A stretch of 64,000 nt of DNA from Paramoeba atlantica (GCA_977017575.1 CDRNVI010000164.1:310001-374000), one strand, 5' to 3'; shown: positions 1 through 13,729, counted from the stretch's first letter. Notes: generated from the sequence alone by a model not told the origin. Translations and numbers: made by a program.

Positions 1-161
1 GCATCGGCGCTTGGTGGTGGGAGATTTTGTTGGATAAGGTTGGCGCTCTCTTGTTGAGGAGGGGGTTGGCATCCCCAATCCCATACCCAACTGACGTAGC
101 TGGTCAAGTAATTGTACCAAGATTCTTGGCCATTTTGTTCTGGAGCTGAATCGTCCGCCAT
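1..161 (-). CDS. Hypothetical protein, N-terminal part (runs off the left edge)
   Basis: ATG at 161 opens MADDSAPEQNGQESWYNYLTSYVSWVWDWGCQPPPQQESANLIQQNLPPPSAD with no stop before the window edge; no recognisable motif. Confidence 0.45.
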   Translation of the reverse strand, partial: MADDSAPEQNGQESWYNYLTSYVSWVWDWGCQPPPQQESANLIQQNLPPPSAD

Positions 162-335
162 ATTACTTTGGTGAAAGTCGGAAAAAAGAAAACAAAAAAA
201 AAAACAAGAAGTTCCAACCAAAAAAGATAAGGAAGATATTCTTCGGCGAAGAACTTTTTGTTTGTGTTGAAAAAAGACTTTTTGTTTTTCAAATAATTGA
301 GATGAGGGAACACAATTTTATTTTGAGATCTCAAC

Positions 336-1041
336 TTAAGAAGAAGCAGGGGCTTTCAGGCTCTTTGCTTGGCGCCCTGGAACAACAAAAAGAGTCCGTC
401 AGAAAAGAAAAATTTGAAAACTACAAAAAGAAAAAAGAGAAAAACACATAAAAGAAGAGAAGGAAAGACACAAAAGAAGAAAGGAAGGTGGCAAAAGGTG
501 GTGTGGAGTGTGTGTGGTGGTGGGCGGCAAAACAAAACAAAAAAAAAACGCCTTTCCCGAAAAAAAAAAAAAAAAAAAAAAAAAAACAAAACCTTCGCGG
601 AAGTGGTTCTTAAAACGACGGGAAAGGGTGGACATGTATCTCATTCTACCAGTTCCAGTTGTTCGTCGCCTCAGAGCTTTGTATGACCAGTTGTCTGTGT
701 TTTCTTTTGTCAATAAAAAAGGTAAAAAAAAAAAAAATAAAAAAGGAAAGGGATACATTTTCGCATTTTAGCGGAAGGGTATCCACATGATGCACAAGTG
801 GACTTTTGAACGTGGTAAGATCTCTGCCCACAGCGACGACACATAGTGTGTGTCTTGTTGTGGCGCTTTCCAAAGCTTTGAGTTCCCTTGGTCTAAAAGG
901 GAGCTTAAATGAGAGAGAGTTTTTTTCTCAAGTTTGAAAACAAAAAAACAGCAACAAAAAAGACAATAGATTGGAGATTGTCTTTTTAAAACGGGTCTCT
1001 CTCTTGAGACAAAGAATAAAAGAAAAAAAGCCTCTTACCAT
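336..1041 (-). CDS. RPL37: 60S ribosomal protein eL37 (4 exons)
   Basis: Exons 1041-1039, 892-757, 694-593 and 376-336, all GT-AG, give [93 protein letters not shown], the classic eL37 zinc-ribbon sequence. Confidence 0.97.
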
Positions 1042-1175
1042 TGTGCACCTCCAAGAAAGAGAAAAAGGGAAAAAAGGAAAAAAGGGGAACGACGTTCGGC
1101 TAAATCTCCCCGTTTTTTAGGGCGTTAAAATTGACTTCATCGAATTTTGTGTTTTTGATAATTTATTTTTTTTTT

Positions 1176-2697
1176 TTATTCTTGGGTTTTTTGGTGTTGG
1201 AAAAGGGACAGATAACTTCCACCCCCTTCATTTTGTGTTGGTTCAACAAAGAAAGAGAAAAGATAAAATAAGAAGATGAGGTGTGTTGCAAATGCAAGGG
1301 CTCCTGCGACCATTCCACTCTGTTGTTTTGGAGCTTTCGTGAAAAAATAGTAACCCTACCACAAAAAAAAAAAATGAGAATTTTGCCTCTCTTCGAAAAA
1401 AGACCCACCTTGTTTGTTTTGGAAAACAAAAAAAAAAGAAAACAAAAAAGAAATCTAACCAAAGAAGAGGCAGAGAGAACACCAAAAATCACAAAAAATG
1501 TCAGAGATATGATTGTTGGAAGGTGAATCAGGTTTGGAAGGAGACTCAAACAAAATCCAATCATTGAGTAACCCTGAAAGAAAAATAAGAAGATGAAAAC
1601 CCAGACAAAAAGAGGTCATTTGGAGGAAAAATAAAAAGACACTCACCGAGACAGAAAGGATGGTTAAGAAGGAAAGTTCCATCGTCATTGCATATGAGAT
1701 AGCAAAGTACCAAAAAGATGACATCGACCAATATGAAAAAGAGAGTCCAAAAGCCGCTCCCATTAAAGTACCATCTTGCTATTTTGGAAAAAAAGATTAG
1801 TGAAAAAGTTTATTTAAATCCTTACTTTTCTTCTTTTTCTTTTTCTCTTTCTCTCACACTTTTTAAAAAGAGAGAAATGACAAACCAAACGAGTCGCTGA
1901 AGCTTTTAAGGTAAACATGATGATCGATGTTAAAGTAAAAACAACCATTGTAGCTCCATAGAGATCAGGTGCTGTTCCATCAGAGTCTCGCTTGAAACCT
2001 GGAAGAACCGCAGCTAGTAATCTGTGTGGGGGAAATTGATCGATGGATTAATTTTAAAAAGAACCATTTTCTTTTTTTTTTCTTTTGATCTGAAGATAAC
2101 AACACACTAAAATCAAAACATGAACCTCATTAAAACATCTGAAGGTTCAACATTAAAATAAGGTCGAATCCAATCAATGTGTCCGTAAAAGTTCAGGAAA
2201 CTTTTTGCTTTTGTTGAAGTGTCTTTGAAAATCTGTTTTGAAAAAAAAAAATTCAGAAAGAAAAATTAACGACAACACACAAGAAACACAAGATCAAAAA
2301 AAAAAAGGAACATTGCCAGCAATTTGAGAGGTCAATTGATCTTTTAAATCCCCAAACCCACCAAAACCTGATTCTCCTTCCTCTCCTCCTTTCTGAGAAA
2401 AAAAAATGTTTGAGAAAGAAAGAAAAACACCTCTCAACTCAATTTTCTTTCTCAAAAGAAAAGTGAAGATCTTTGAGATTATCTTATTCCTTCCCCCCTT
2501 CCTTCCATTTCCTAAAAAAACCAAACCTCATCTGAAAAAGAAGGAGAAGAATCGCCACCGACTGTTCCACTACTACTACTGCTCCCACTTTCGTATTGTG
2601 GATACTCATCCCCAATGGAGGGGAGATGAATCTTCACTCCACCATCATCAATTGTCCCATCATCCAAAGAAGTAGCCACCCAATCAGAGTCACCCAT
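1176..2697 (-). CDS. Yip1-domain Golgi membrane protein, YIPF3-like (multi-exon)
   Basis: Spliced segments KAKSFLNFYGHIDWIRPYFNVEPSDVLMR, PDLYGATMVVFTLTSII, GAAFGLSFSYW and GYSMIGFCL resemble the YIPF3 pattern (IDILRPYFDVEP...ELYGPLMLVFTL); several hydrophobic helices follow. The 3' end is approximate. Confidence 0.75.
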
Positions 2698-2957
2698 CAC
2701 TTCAAAAGAAAGAACGAAGGGGGGTGTTTCGTGAAGGGGTTAATGTTTGGTTGTGTTGTTGTTGTTGTTGTTGTGTTGAAAGGAAAAAAAAAAAGAAAAG
2801 ACAAAAAAACACGTTTCGGCCCAAAACAAATATTTAGAACGCTAAATCTGACCACCTACAAAATTCTTCCTTTCTCTTTCTCGGATTTTTTTGTTGGTTT
2901 CGTTCTGGGAGTCCCTCCATCCTCCAACCTCCTCCTCCTCCTCCGAATCCTTCGAAC

Positions 2958-4729
2958 ATGGGCTCATCCTCCGAACCAAAATATGAGGCTTTGGATGAGA
3001 GTTTCATTGAATCTGAAAGAAAAAAAAACCAAAGAGCTGTTGTAATTGGAGTGTCTGCTCTCATCATTCTCGTCATCGTTGCGATTGGGGTCGCTTTCTA
3101 CTTGGCGAAGGATACTTCAATTCAGGAACCTCAAAACCTTGTCTTGATCATCGCAGATGGGATGGGGTTCCCTTCATTGGCTTTTACAAGAGAAATGGGA
3201 GAGGATTTTGATCCGTCCAATCCAAAACCTCTCCTTCCATTGGATGAGTATATTGTTGGGATGTCAAGGACTTATTCTGCCAACAGTTTGGTCACAGATA
3301 GGTTTGTTTTCACACACACACACAACACAACACACAAAATCCTTTTCAATTTTTCTGATTCAAAAACAAAAGAAAGAAAAGAAAGAAAATATCAATTTTA
3401 TTTTTTCTATTTTTTTTTTTTTTTTTTGAACGACTACTCTCGACAGTGCTGCGGGAGCAACGGTTTATTCATGTTTAATCCAAACGAATAATGATCAAGT
3501 TGCATCAACCACGGAAAATACGGCATGTGCGACAATCCTTGAAGCTGCGAAACGATCGGGATTTGCAACCGGAGTAGTAACAAATGCTCGAGTGACTCAT
3601 GCAACTCCTGCTTCATTTACTGCACATGTTCTCGATCGAGATGAAGAAGAAGAGATTGCTCGTCAACAAACGTACAACTTTAGTCAATCCGTGGATCTTC
3701 TGTATGGTGGAGGGCGAGAAATGTTCACAGATCGCGAAGATGGAGAAAATCTTCTTGAGGTTTTCACAAAAAATCAAATTGAGATCTTAAATACCTCATC
3801 TGATTTGGAAACTGCTGTGCTTCCATCGGTCGGACTCTTTGCGGAGTCTCATTTGGACTACATGATCGATCATATTTACGCAATTGATAATGAAACAATC
3901 CAACAACAGCCCTTGTTATCTGAAATGGTTTCGAAAGCCCTCTCTTTATTAGCTCGAGATGGAAGGAGATTCATTTTAGTGGTCGAAACTGGACGCATCG
4001 ATCATGCCTCTCATTCAAATGATCCTGCAGCTCACTACTATGAAATGGATGAATATATGAACACGATTGAAGTTATCCAAAATTTCTTGGAGGAGGATTC
4101 GAAAGGAGATCATACAGCTGTCTTTGCAACTTCTGACCATGCTACAGGAGGGATTAGTACTGGTTCCAATTTTTTGAATGGAGATCCAGGTGTGCAGATG
4201 TGGAATCCTCCTGCGATCTTAAACACCACTGCTTCGATGTATATGATGGCAACTCAGCTGGCAAATGGAGAGGATTTAAACGATGTTTATTTTGCTGGAA
4301 CAGGGATTGACTTAAGAGAGAGTTTTCCAGAGCAATATCAGATCTTAAGTGATGAGACTCCTGATCCTCAAAGCTACCCCTACTTGGCACAGCTTGCTGC
4401 TCCTTTAAATAATAATGCAATGGTTGGATTCACTACTCTTAATCATACTGGTTTGTTTTTTTTCAACATTCTTTCTTTTGTTTTTTTGGTCGAGAGATGA
4501 AGTTGATGGATGGGAGGTCGGTGCGAAAATTTATTTCTTAACCACACTCTTCATGCACCTAATATTAGGAATGGACGTTCCTGTTTACAATTTTGGAAGA
4601 CTTATTCCTGGGATATCTGGTGTGATGAATAATTTCCAATTTGGAGAAAAAATAGGAGAGGCTATGGGATTGATGAACTCGCTTACCACCCTGAATAACC
4701 GCTTTTCCAATTGGACACTGACGATCTGA
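2958..4729 (+). CDS. Alkaline phosphatase (PhoA/PHO8 type) with N-terminal membrane anchor (3 exons)
   Basis: Motifs LIIADGMG, VTD|SAAGAT (catalytic Ser across intron), VTHATPASF, VETGRIDHASHSND, TSDHATGG and HTG|MDVPVY; hydrophobic segment AVVIGVSALIILVIVAIGVAFYL. Confidence 0.93.
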
Positions 4730-5213
4730 TCTGAAAAAAAATGTGAAAGCGAGGGAAAAAACCCCAACAAAGATTTTTTGTAGTTCTTCATTCAACACAC
4801 ACACACCCCTAACCGCACTCTCTGCTCTTTTTGATTGGCAATTCTCTTCTGCTTTTGGCGAGGAGGAGACGGATTGAAAATCTCGATTCTTTTTTTATTT
4901 CTACACCAGATTACATCATCCTCAATAAATTGAAGAATATTTTTTGAGAATTTCGAAATATTGAAGTCTCTTTTCATAATTAAGAATCGGTCTTTTCTTT
5001 TCGTTTGGTGCCCTTAGTTGTGGTGCTACCAAAATGAGGTCAAACGACGTGACTATATCACCCAACTCGTCATAAAACCTCACAAAGCGCGCCATCAACC
5101 CTTCCACACTCAAGCGCAACATCATTCATCAGGATAAATTCGGGGAGCCCATTTGTCCACAAACAAAATGAAATCATCCAATCTAGCCCCGAAAGTGTAA
5201 CCAAGCCCGCTTC

Positions 5214-6339
5214 TTAAAATTTGATAACTTTTGGTTTCGTTTGCGATTTGCTCGAACGAGGTTGTTGATTGGAAGATTTCGTATCATAATCCCCATTCCC
5301 TAATTTTTCAAAAAAAGAAGAGAACATCACATCAGCATTGCTGTTAAAAAAAAAAAGGGAGGTGTGTCTTCAAAGAAAATTGCCAAAAACAAACCTTCAG
5401 TTGACCAAACAGGAGTAGAGTCGGATTCTTCCTGTTTTTCTTGCTGAAATTGCCTCTTATTTTTCAATGGACAATCCTTTACAAAATGGTATTTATCGCC
5501 ACAAACACGACACCCACCACCATAAGGATATAATCCATTTGGATTTTCTGGACACTTTGCAGATAAATGACCTTTTTTCTTACAAATAAAACAAAGAGCA
5601 AAATCTGTTCCATCTGCAAAAGACCAAAATCAGTCACAAAATTGGAAAAAAACAAAACAAAAACAAAAAATGGAATGAGGATGACCATTTGATTTTGGTT
5701 TAGGGCACTCTCTTATCGTATGAGATGAGTTTCCACAATTAAAACAACATCCACTTAAAACAGCTCCATCATCACTTTTAATTGATTGAGGGCATTTGGC
5801 AACTCCATGTCCTCTCTCTCGGCAATTCAAACAAATCTGATTATTTTTTGGTGTGAGAGGAGAAAAGTGATGGTTTGTTTTAAGAGACACATTATTGATG
5901 GGGTGGGTTTTTGTTTTGGGATTTTAAAAAGAAAGAAAGAAAAGAAACTGTTCGAGACGCTCCACCTCCAGCTCGACGTGAACGAAATTCTGGGGCAGAT
6001 CTTTGATAATCCCTCTTTTGTTTTGTTTTATGACCCTTCCCTTCAAGCTGAAGCCCTGGAAAAAACGATTGAATTATTTTAAGTTTAAATGAAAAAAAAT
6101 ATTTTTCTCATTAAATGAAAGAGAAGACAAAAAAAAGAAAATTGGTGAAGTCTCCCCCAACCTTCTCTTTCTCTCTTTCCAAGCCTTTTACTCGATCGAA
6201 TTTTCTTGCGAAAAACTTGGTCGCTTGTCCGAATTTTTGGAGTTTCTCTGGAAGATCCAAATTCACCACCCTCTTTCATCTTTTTGTTCGAAGAAAGATC
6301 GCCAACCTGTCCATCTCTTTTTCTCTTCTTCTCACTCAT
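5214..6339 (-). CDS. Four-knuckle CCHC zinc-finger protein, ZCCHC9-like (multi-exon)
   Basis: Knuckles CLNCRERGHGVAKC, CFNCGNSSHTIREC, CFICKKKGHLSAKCPENPNGLYPYGGG and CRVCGDKYHFVKDC; C-terminus KPKVIKF; basic N-terminus. Confidence 0.8.
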
Positions 6340-6562
6340 CTTCTCAACAAAAAAGCGAAAAACAAAAACAAAAAAAGAAAGAAAAAAGGTGTCATTTTTT
6401 CATAGTATTTTTTATCAGAAAAAACATAAATCACACCATCAATAAAAAATAGGTTCCTTTTTAAGCGCTCGATAATTTTAGAGCGCTTTCTTTTTCACCT
6501 CTTCTTCTTTTTTTCGTCCCGTTTTTTAGTTCTTTTTTCGTTCTTTCTTTTGAACAAACACG

Positions 6563-8531
6563 ATGGTGTCGTGGAACTTTGCTTTGGTTTTGTTTTTGGG
6601 TGTGTTGGGTTCCATTCATTGTGATGAAGGACCTTACAAGTTCAATGCTTTGCCTGGATTAGCCACCCCAACTTCTTTTGCTCAATACACTGGTCAAATT
6701 GTTGTGAATGAAACTTATGGAACTGAATTGTTTTATTGGTTTTTCGAATCTCAAGCTGATCCCGCCAATGACCCTTTGGTTTTGTGGATGACAGGAGGTC
6801 CTGGTTGTTCAAGGTTTTTTTGATTCTTTCTTTTCATTTGTGAGATGAAAAAAAAGGTCTTTTGATCTTGAGAGATCTCTTGTGTTAACATTTTCTTTTT
6901 TCTTTGACAGTGAACTTGCAATCTTTTATGAAAATGGACCTTTCCATTTAGAAGATGATGGAATGGGAGGAATTGCTGTTACCCCCAATCCTTATTCTTG
7001 GAATTTGAATGCCAATATTATTTTTATTGATCAACCTGCTGGAACTGGATTCTCTACTCCTGGAAAGATTGCCGGTTATGTCCACAACGAAGAACAAATG
7101 GCACAAGAAATGTACAAATTTTTGCAAGGATGGTTGTCAACCTTCCCAGAGTACATTGGTCGTCCTTTTTACATTTTTGGAGAAAGTTATGCTGGTTCAT
7201 CTCTTTTCTTTCTCTCCACTCAATCTTTTTCTTTTGTCTTTTATTCTGTGTTTCTTTTGTAAGAAATAGTAAGTCAGTACTGAAAAGAATCGAATAGGAC
7301 ATTATGTTCCATCTCTTGGATATGCGATCATTGTGGGAAATCAAAATCCTGGTAACACTTTCATCCCTTTGGTTTCTATTTCTGTTGGAAACGGAATGAC
7401 AAGTCCCATTACTCAGGTTTTTTTCAATGAGATTTTTTTGTTCTTTTTATTTTTTTTTTGAAAAGAAAGGAAATAATTTTGGATGATAATTTTTAGTATG
7501 GATCTTTTGGTCCTTATGCATCTACACATGCTTTGATTGACAAACAATTGAATGACCAAATTTCTGCTCAATACCAAAAGTGTTATAACGATCTCAGTTC
7601 TGGGGTACTCTTGTGTTTTTTCTTTCTCTTCTCCACTCTTTATGTCTTTATTAATCTTTCTTTTCCACAGTCTGACAATGCTGAAGTTTCATGCAATGCC
7701 ATTTTGACAATGGTGAGCACTGCAGCTGGTCCATTCAATGATTATGATGTCACAAAAACCTGTCCATCTGATGAACCTTTGTGTTATAACTTTACATTGG
7801 CTGGAATTTATTTGAATCAAGATGATGTTCAAGCCACTCTTCATGTTGACAAAGAATGGAAGATCTGTTCTGGTATTGTTCACGAAGAGGTTCTTTGAAC
7901 AATTTATTTATTGATCTTTTCTCTCCCCAATTCTTCTTCAACCAACTCCCCACAAACCACATCCTTGCATTGTGTTTTGTTCTTTTGGTCTTATCTTTTT
8001 TCATTGACTGATCATCGAAATTAATTTTAGATGTCAAAAGATTGGTGGTCTGATCAAGATTATCTTGTCCCAGATATTTTGGCTGCTGGTGTTGGAGTGA
8101 ATATTTACAATGGTATTGATGGTTATATTTGCAACTTTATTGGACAAGAGGTTTCGCTTCTTATTTTTTGTTTTCTTTTCATTTCTCATTTTTACTTTTT
8201 CTCCCTTCTCAACTTTTTTTTTCTTTGGTCAGATGTGGACAAACCAATTGAACTGGCCATACTCCCAAGAATTTTTGAGTGCTCCTCGTGAGATCTGGTT
8301 TGTTGATGACAATATTGCTGGATATCGTCAATTTGCTGCCAATCTTTCAATGATTGCTGTGAACAATGCTGGCCACATGGTATCAACTTTTTTCATTTTC
8401 AAATGGTTAAAATGATGTAATTGATTAATTTGATTTTATTTTTGTAGGTTCCTATGGATCAACCAAAGAATGCATTGGATATGTTCACCAAGATTTTGAA
8501 CAATGAAGCTTTTGGTTCACCAGGTCAATAA
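6563..8531 (+). CDS. Serine carboxypeptidase (S10 family), copy 1
   Basis: Signal peptide; [35 protein letters not shown]|HY (catalytic Ser), DGYICN (Asp) and NAGHM|VPMDQP (His); multiple GT-AG introns. Confidence 0.95.
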
Positions 8532-8620
8532 GATCGAGAAGGTCAGAAATAAAACTCTCATTTTCAACTTTTTTCATTTTGTTTGTTTTTTCTCCACCAC
8601 AAAAAAACAAAGATTTTTTT

Positions 8621-8638
8621 AGTGTCCTATTTTTAGCG
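8621..8638 (+). promoter_or_regulatory. Recurrent intergenic motif AGTGTCCTATTTTT(T)AGCG (also at 10695, 12816 and a variant at 14587)
   Basis: Lies ~60-100 bp upstream of the ATG of carboxypeptidase copies 2 and 3, immediately after copy 3, and ~50 bp upstream of the ORF at 14653. A promoter role is inferred from position only. Confidence 0.4.
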
Positions 8639-8718
8639 TTTTCGTTTTTCTTTTTCTTTGCTTTTTTTTTCGTCCCGTTTTTTTGTTCTTTTTTCGTTCT
8701 TTCTTTTGACCAAACACG

Positions 8719-10594
8719 ATGGTGTCGTGGAACTTTGCTTTGGTTTTGTTTTTGGGTGTGTTGGGTTCCATTCATTGTGATGAAGGACCTTACAAGTTCA
8801 ATGCTTTGCCTGGATTAGCCACCCCAACTTCTTTTGCTCAATACACTGGTCAAATTGTTGTGAATGAAACTTATGGAACTGAATTGTTTTATTGGTTTTT
8901 CGAATCTCAAGCTGACCCCGCCAACGACCCTTTGGTTTTGTGGATGACAGGAGGTCCTGGTTGTTCAAGGTTCTTTTAAAGTCTTTCTTTTCATTTGAGG
9001 AGTGAATTGTTGAGATATCCTGTGAACATTTTCTTTTTTCTTTGACAGTGAACTTGCAATCTTTTACGAAAATGGACCTTTCCATTTGGAAGATGATGGA
9101 ATGGGAGGGATTGCTGTTACCCCCAACCCTTACTCTTGGAATTTGAATGCCAATATTATTTATATTGATCAACCTGCTGGAACTGGATTCTCTACTCCTG
9201 GAAAGTTTGCTGGTTATGTCCACGACGAACAGGAAATGGCAACAGAAATGTACAAATTTTTGCAAGGATGGTTGTCAACCTTCCCAGAGTACATTGGTCG
9301 TCCTTTTTACATTTTTGGAGAAAGTTATGCTGGTTCATCTTTTTATTTTTATTTTCTTTCTCTCCGCCCAATATTTTCTCTTTCTTTTGTAAGGAATCGT
9401 AAGTCAGTACTGAAAAGAATTGAATAGGACATTATGTTCCATCTCTTGGATATGCAATCATTGTGGGAAATCAAAATCCTGGTAACATTTACATCCCTTT
9501 GGTTTCTATTTCTGTTGGAAACGGATTGACAAGTCCCATTACTCAGGTTTTTTTTTTCACCCCTTTTTTTAATTTTTTTTTGAAAAGAAAGGAAATAATT
9601 TTGGATGATACTTTTTAGTATGGATCTTTTGGTCCTTATGCGGCTACACACGCTTTGATTGACAAACAATTGAATGACCAAGTTTCTGCTCAATACCAAA
9701 AGTGTTATAACGATCTCAGTTCTGGGGTACTTTTGTGTTTTTTCTTTCTCTTCTCCCCTCTTTTATTAATCTTTCTCTTTCACAGTCTGACAATGCTGAA
9801 GTTTCATGCAATACCATTATTTCGATGATCACCACTGCAGCTGGTCCATTCAATGATTATGATGTTACAAAAACCTGTCCATCTGATGAACCTTTGTGTT
9901 ATAACTTTACATTGGCTGAAATTTATTTGAATCAAGATGATGTTCAAGCCACTCTTCATGTTGACAAAAAATGGGTTGAATGCTCAAATATTGTTTATGA
10001 ACATGTAATTTTTTCTTTCTTTTTTTATTATCAATGGTTTTAACTCTTCTAAATTAGATGGCAAAAGATTGGTGGTCTGATCAAGATTATCTTGTCCCAG
10101 ATATCTTGGCTGCTGGTGTTGGAGTGAATATTTACGATGGTATTGATGGTTTTATTTGCAACTTTATTGGACAAGAGGTTTCGCTTCTTTTTCTTTTCTT
10201 TCCTTTTTTTTTTTCTTTTCTTTTCATCTTTCAATTTTACTTTTTCTCCCTTTCTAAACTCTTTTTTTACTTTGGTTAGATGTGGACAAATCAATTGACT
10301 TGGCCACACTCCCAAGAATTTTTGAGTGCTCCTCGTGAGATCTGGTTTGTTGATGACAATATTGCTGGATATCGTCAATATGCTGCCAATCTTTCAATGA
10401 TTGCTGTCAACAATGCTGGCCACATGGTTCTTTTTCTGTTTTTTGAACAATTCATCCTTTTTCTTTGTAAACTCCCAGTTGTGTTCTAACCGATGATGTG
10501 TATTTCTCAGGTTCCCATGGATCAACCAAAGAATGCATTGGATATGTTCACCAAGATTTTGAACAACCAAACTTTTGGTTCTCCAGGTCAATAA
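8719..10594 (+). CDS. Serine carboxypeptidase (S10 family), copy 2
   Basis: Near-identical tandem copy with the same motifs and intron positions as copy 1. Confidence 0.95.
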
Positions 10595-10772
10595 GATTGA
10601 GAAGGTCAGAAATAAAACCCCCCTTTTCAACTTTTTTCATTTTCGTTTGTTTTTGCTCCACACGAAAACACCCAAAAAACACCAAGACATTTTTAGTGTC
10701 CTATTTTTTAGCGTTTTCTCTTTTTCTTTTTCTTTGCTTTTTTTCTTGTTTGTTCTTTTGGCGGAAACAACG

Positions 10773-12765
10773 ATGAAAAGCGCTTTTCTTGTTGTGTTTT
10801 TGGGTGTGTTGGGTTCCATCCATTGTGATGAAGGACCTTACAAGTTCAATGCTTTGCCTGGATTAGCCACCCCAACTTCTTTTGCTCAATACACTGGTCA
10901 AATTGTTGTGAATGAAACTTATGGAACTGAATTGTTTTATTGGTTTTTCGAATCTCAAGCTGACCCCGCCAACGACCCTTTGGTTTTGTGGATGACAGGA
11001 GGTCCTGGTTGTTCAAGGTTCTTTTAAAGTCTTTCTTTTCATTTGAGAAGTGAGTTGTTGAGATATCCTGTGAACATTTTCTTTTTTCTTTGACAGTGAA
11101 CTTGCAATCTTTTACGAAAATGGACCTTTCCATTTGGAAGATGATGGAATGGGAGGGATTGCTGTTGTTCCCAACCCTTACTCTTGGAATTTGAATGCCA
11201 ATATTATTTTTATTGATCAACCTGCTGGAACTGGATTCTCTACTCCTGGAAAGTTTGCTGGTTATGTCCACGACGAACAGGAAATGGCAACAGAAATGTA
11301 CAAATTTTTGCAAGGATGGTTGTCAACCTTCCCAGAGTACATTGGTCGTCCTTTTTACATTTTTGGAGAAAGTTATGCTGGTTCATCTCTTTCTTTCTCT
11401 CCACTCAAGCTTTTTCTTTCGTCTTTTATTCTGTGTTTCTTTTGTAAGGGATAGTAAGTCAGTACTGAAAAGAATTGAATAGGACATTATGTTCCATCTC
11501 TTGGATATGCAATCATTGTGGGAAATCAAAATCCTGGTAACACTTATATTCCTTTGGTTTCTATTTCTGTTGGAAACGGATTGACAAGTCCCATTACTCA
11601 GGTTTTTTTCACCCCTTTTTTAAATTTTTTTTGAAAAGAAAGGAAATAATTTTGGATGATAATTTTTAGTATGGATCTTTTGGTCCTTATGCGGCTACAC
11701 ACGCTTTGATTGACAAACAATTGAATGACCAAGTTTCTGCTCAATACCAAAAGTGTTATAACGATCTCAGTTCTGGGGTACTCTTGTGTTTTTTCTTTCT
11801 CTTCTCCCCTTTTTTATTAATCTTTCTCTTTCATAGTCTGACAATGCTGAAGTTTCATGCAATACCATTATTTCGATGATCACCACTGCAGCTGGTCCAT
11901 TCAATGATTATGATGTTCGAAAAACCTGTCCATCTGATGAACCTTTGTGTTATAACTTTTCTTTGGCTGGAATCTATTTGAATCAAGATGATGTTCAAGC
12001 CACTCTTCATGTTGATAAAGAGTGGAAAGTTTGCTCTGGAATTGTTCACGAAGAGGTTTTTTCAACAATTTCTTTATCTCCTCTCCTAACCTCAACTTGC
12101 AACACAACAACAACCTCATCCCCTACTTTGCCATTTTTTGGGCCTAAGTGTATTTTATTGCATTGTTGTGGTGTTTTCATTGACTAATCATCGAAATTAA
12201 TTTTAGATGTCAAAAGATTGGTGGTCTGATCAAGATTATCTTGTCCCAGATATTTTGGCTGCTGGTGTTGGAGTGAATATTTACGATGGTATTGATGGTT
12301 TTATTTGCAACTTTATTGGACAAGAGGTTTCGCTTCTTTTTCTTTTCTTTCCTTTTTTTTTTTCTTTTCTTTTCATCTTTCAATTTTACTTTTTCTCCCT
12401 TTCTAAACTCTTTTTTTACTTTGGTTAGATGTGGACAAATCAATTGACTTGGCCACACTCCCAAGAATTTTTGAGTGCTCCTCGTGAGATCTGGTTTGTT
12501 GATGACAATATTGCTGGATATCGTCAATATGCTGCCAATCTTTCAATGATTGCTGTCAACAATGCTGGCCACATGGTTCTTTTTCTGTTTTTTGAACAAT
12601 TCATCCTTTCTCTTTGTAAACTCCCAGTTGTGTTTCAATTTTGCATTTTTTGTGTTCTAACTGCTGATGTGTATTTCTCAGGTTCCCATGGATCAACCAA
12701 AGAATGCATTGGATATGTTCACCAAGATCTTGAACAACCAAACTTTTGGTTCTCCAGGTCAATAA
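10773..12765 (+). CDS. Serine carboxypeptidase (S10 family), copy 3
   Basis: Same motifs; alternative signal peptide [18 protein letters not shown]. Confidence 0.95.
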
Positions 12766-13002
12766 GATATGAAAGTTATCTGAAGAACAAAAAAACACCA
12801 AAAGATATTATTTTTAGTGTCCTATTTTTTTAGCGTTTTCTCTTTTTCGTTCCGGAAAAATGCCGATTTGGTAATTGGGCCGATTTCGTCCCGCGACTTG
12901 CCTTTTTCCTTTTTCGTCGGGTACCGCTCGTTGCATTTCTGAGCATTTTTTCTCTTCAACACTTTCTTTGTTATTGTGTTCAAGTTTCCCCTCACTTTCA
13001 CC

Positions 13003-13672
13003 ATGGACGTTTTTGCTGCTGAAGAAATAAGGAAGAAATTGAGGTGTTTCGAAAGAATGGAATTTCGAAAGAGGAAGACTTTTGTCTGTTGGATATGGCC
13101 ACTCTCCAAGAGCTCGGTATTCGCCTGGGTCCACGCAACCGGATCTTAGCTTGGATTAGTGGTAAATCCCCTGCCCCACCAAAGCCAAAGGTTGAAAATC
13201 CTTGTGCTTTCTGCAGTACCTTCTCTTCCTCAGTTTAGTTTGTCATTTTTGTAGAAATCCGCTCTGCCATCTGCACAAGCACGAAACTGGCCTCAAAGGG
13301 GTGGCTAAGGGGGCGTTGAAAGATCACGACTTTTTTGATGTGCATATCTATTGTCCTGATTGTGTCAGTGTGATTGACCTTCTCAATTCACAGGGACCGC
13401 AAATTATGGTCAATTGGGGTACCATTGGGGACACCATGTGTTTTTCAGTTTCTATTTTTTGTTGTCTATGTGGTTGTGTTGCCTGGAACCAGTCAAGGGG
13501 ATATGAGAGATATGTCTACTTTACACTTTCTGAAATTCAAAAGCAGCTCAGCAGCAATTTGCAAGTCAACAAACCAGATTGCTATTCTAGGTGGCTGAAT
13601 CGGAGATACCAGCTATGTATGGATGAACCTGGCTGTAACTCTTGTTTTGTAAAGGATCATCCATTTGGCTGA
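13003..13672 (+). CDS. SAM-domain protein with Cys-rich C-terminal region (one intron, one probable frameshift near 13028)
   Basis: VFRKNGISKEEDFCLLDMATLQELGIRLGPRNRILAWI is SAM-like. It is followed by CAFC|RNPLCHLH...CPDC and a Cys-rich hydrophobic stretch. The ATG at 13003 is one base out of frame at an A-run. Confidence 0.55.
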
Positions 13673-13729
13673 GGAAAACAACACAAGAATTATTTTCAGT
13701 TTATTTTAAGTGAAATTTTTTCGTAAAAA

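Noticed and set aside
4792-5125. Two overlapping short minus-strand ORFs between the phosphatase and ZCCHC9-like genes
   Set aside because: No motif, no clear splice model, and the region is likely 3' UTR of the convergent genes.
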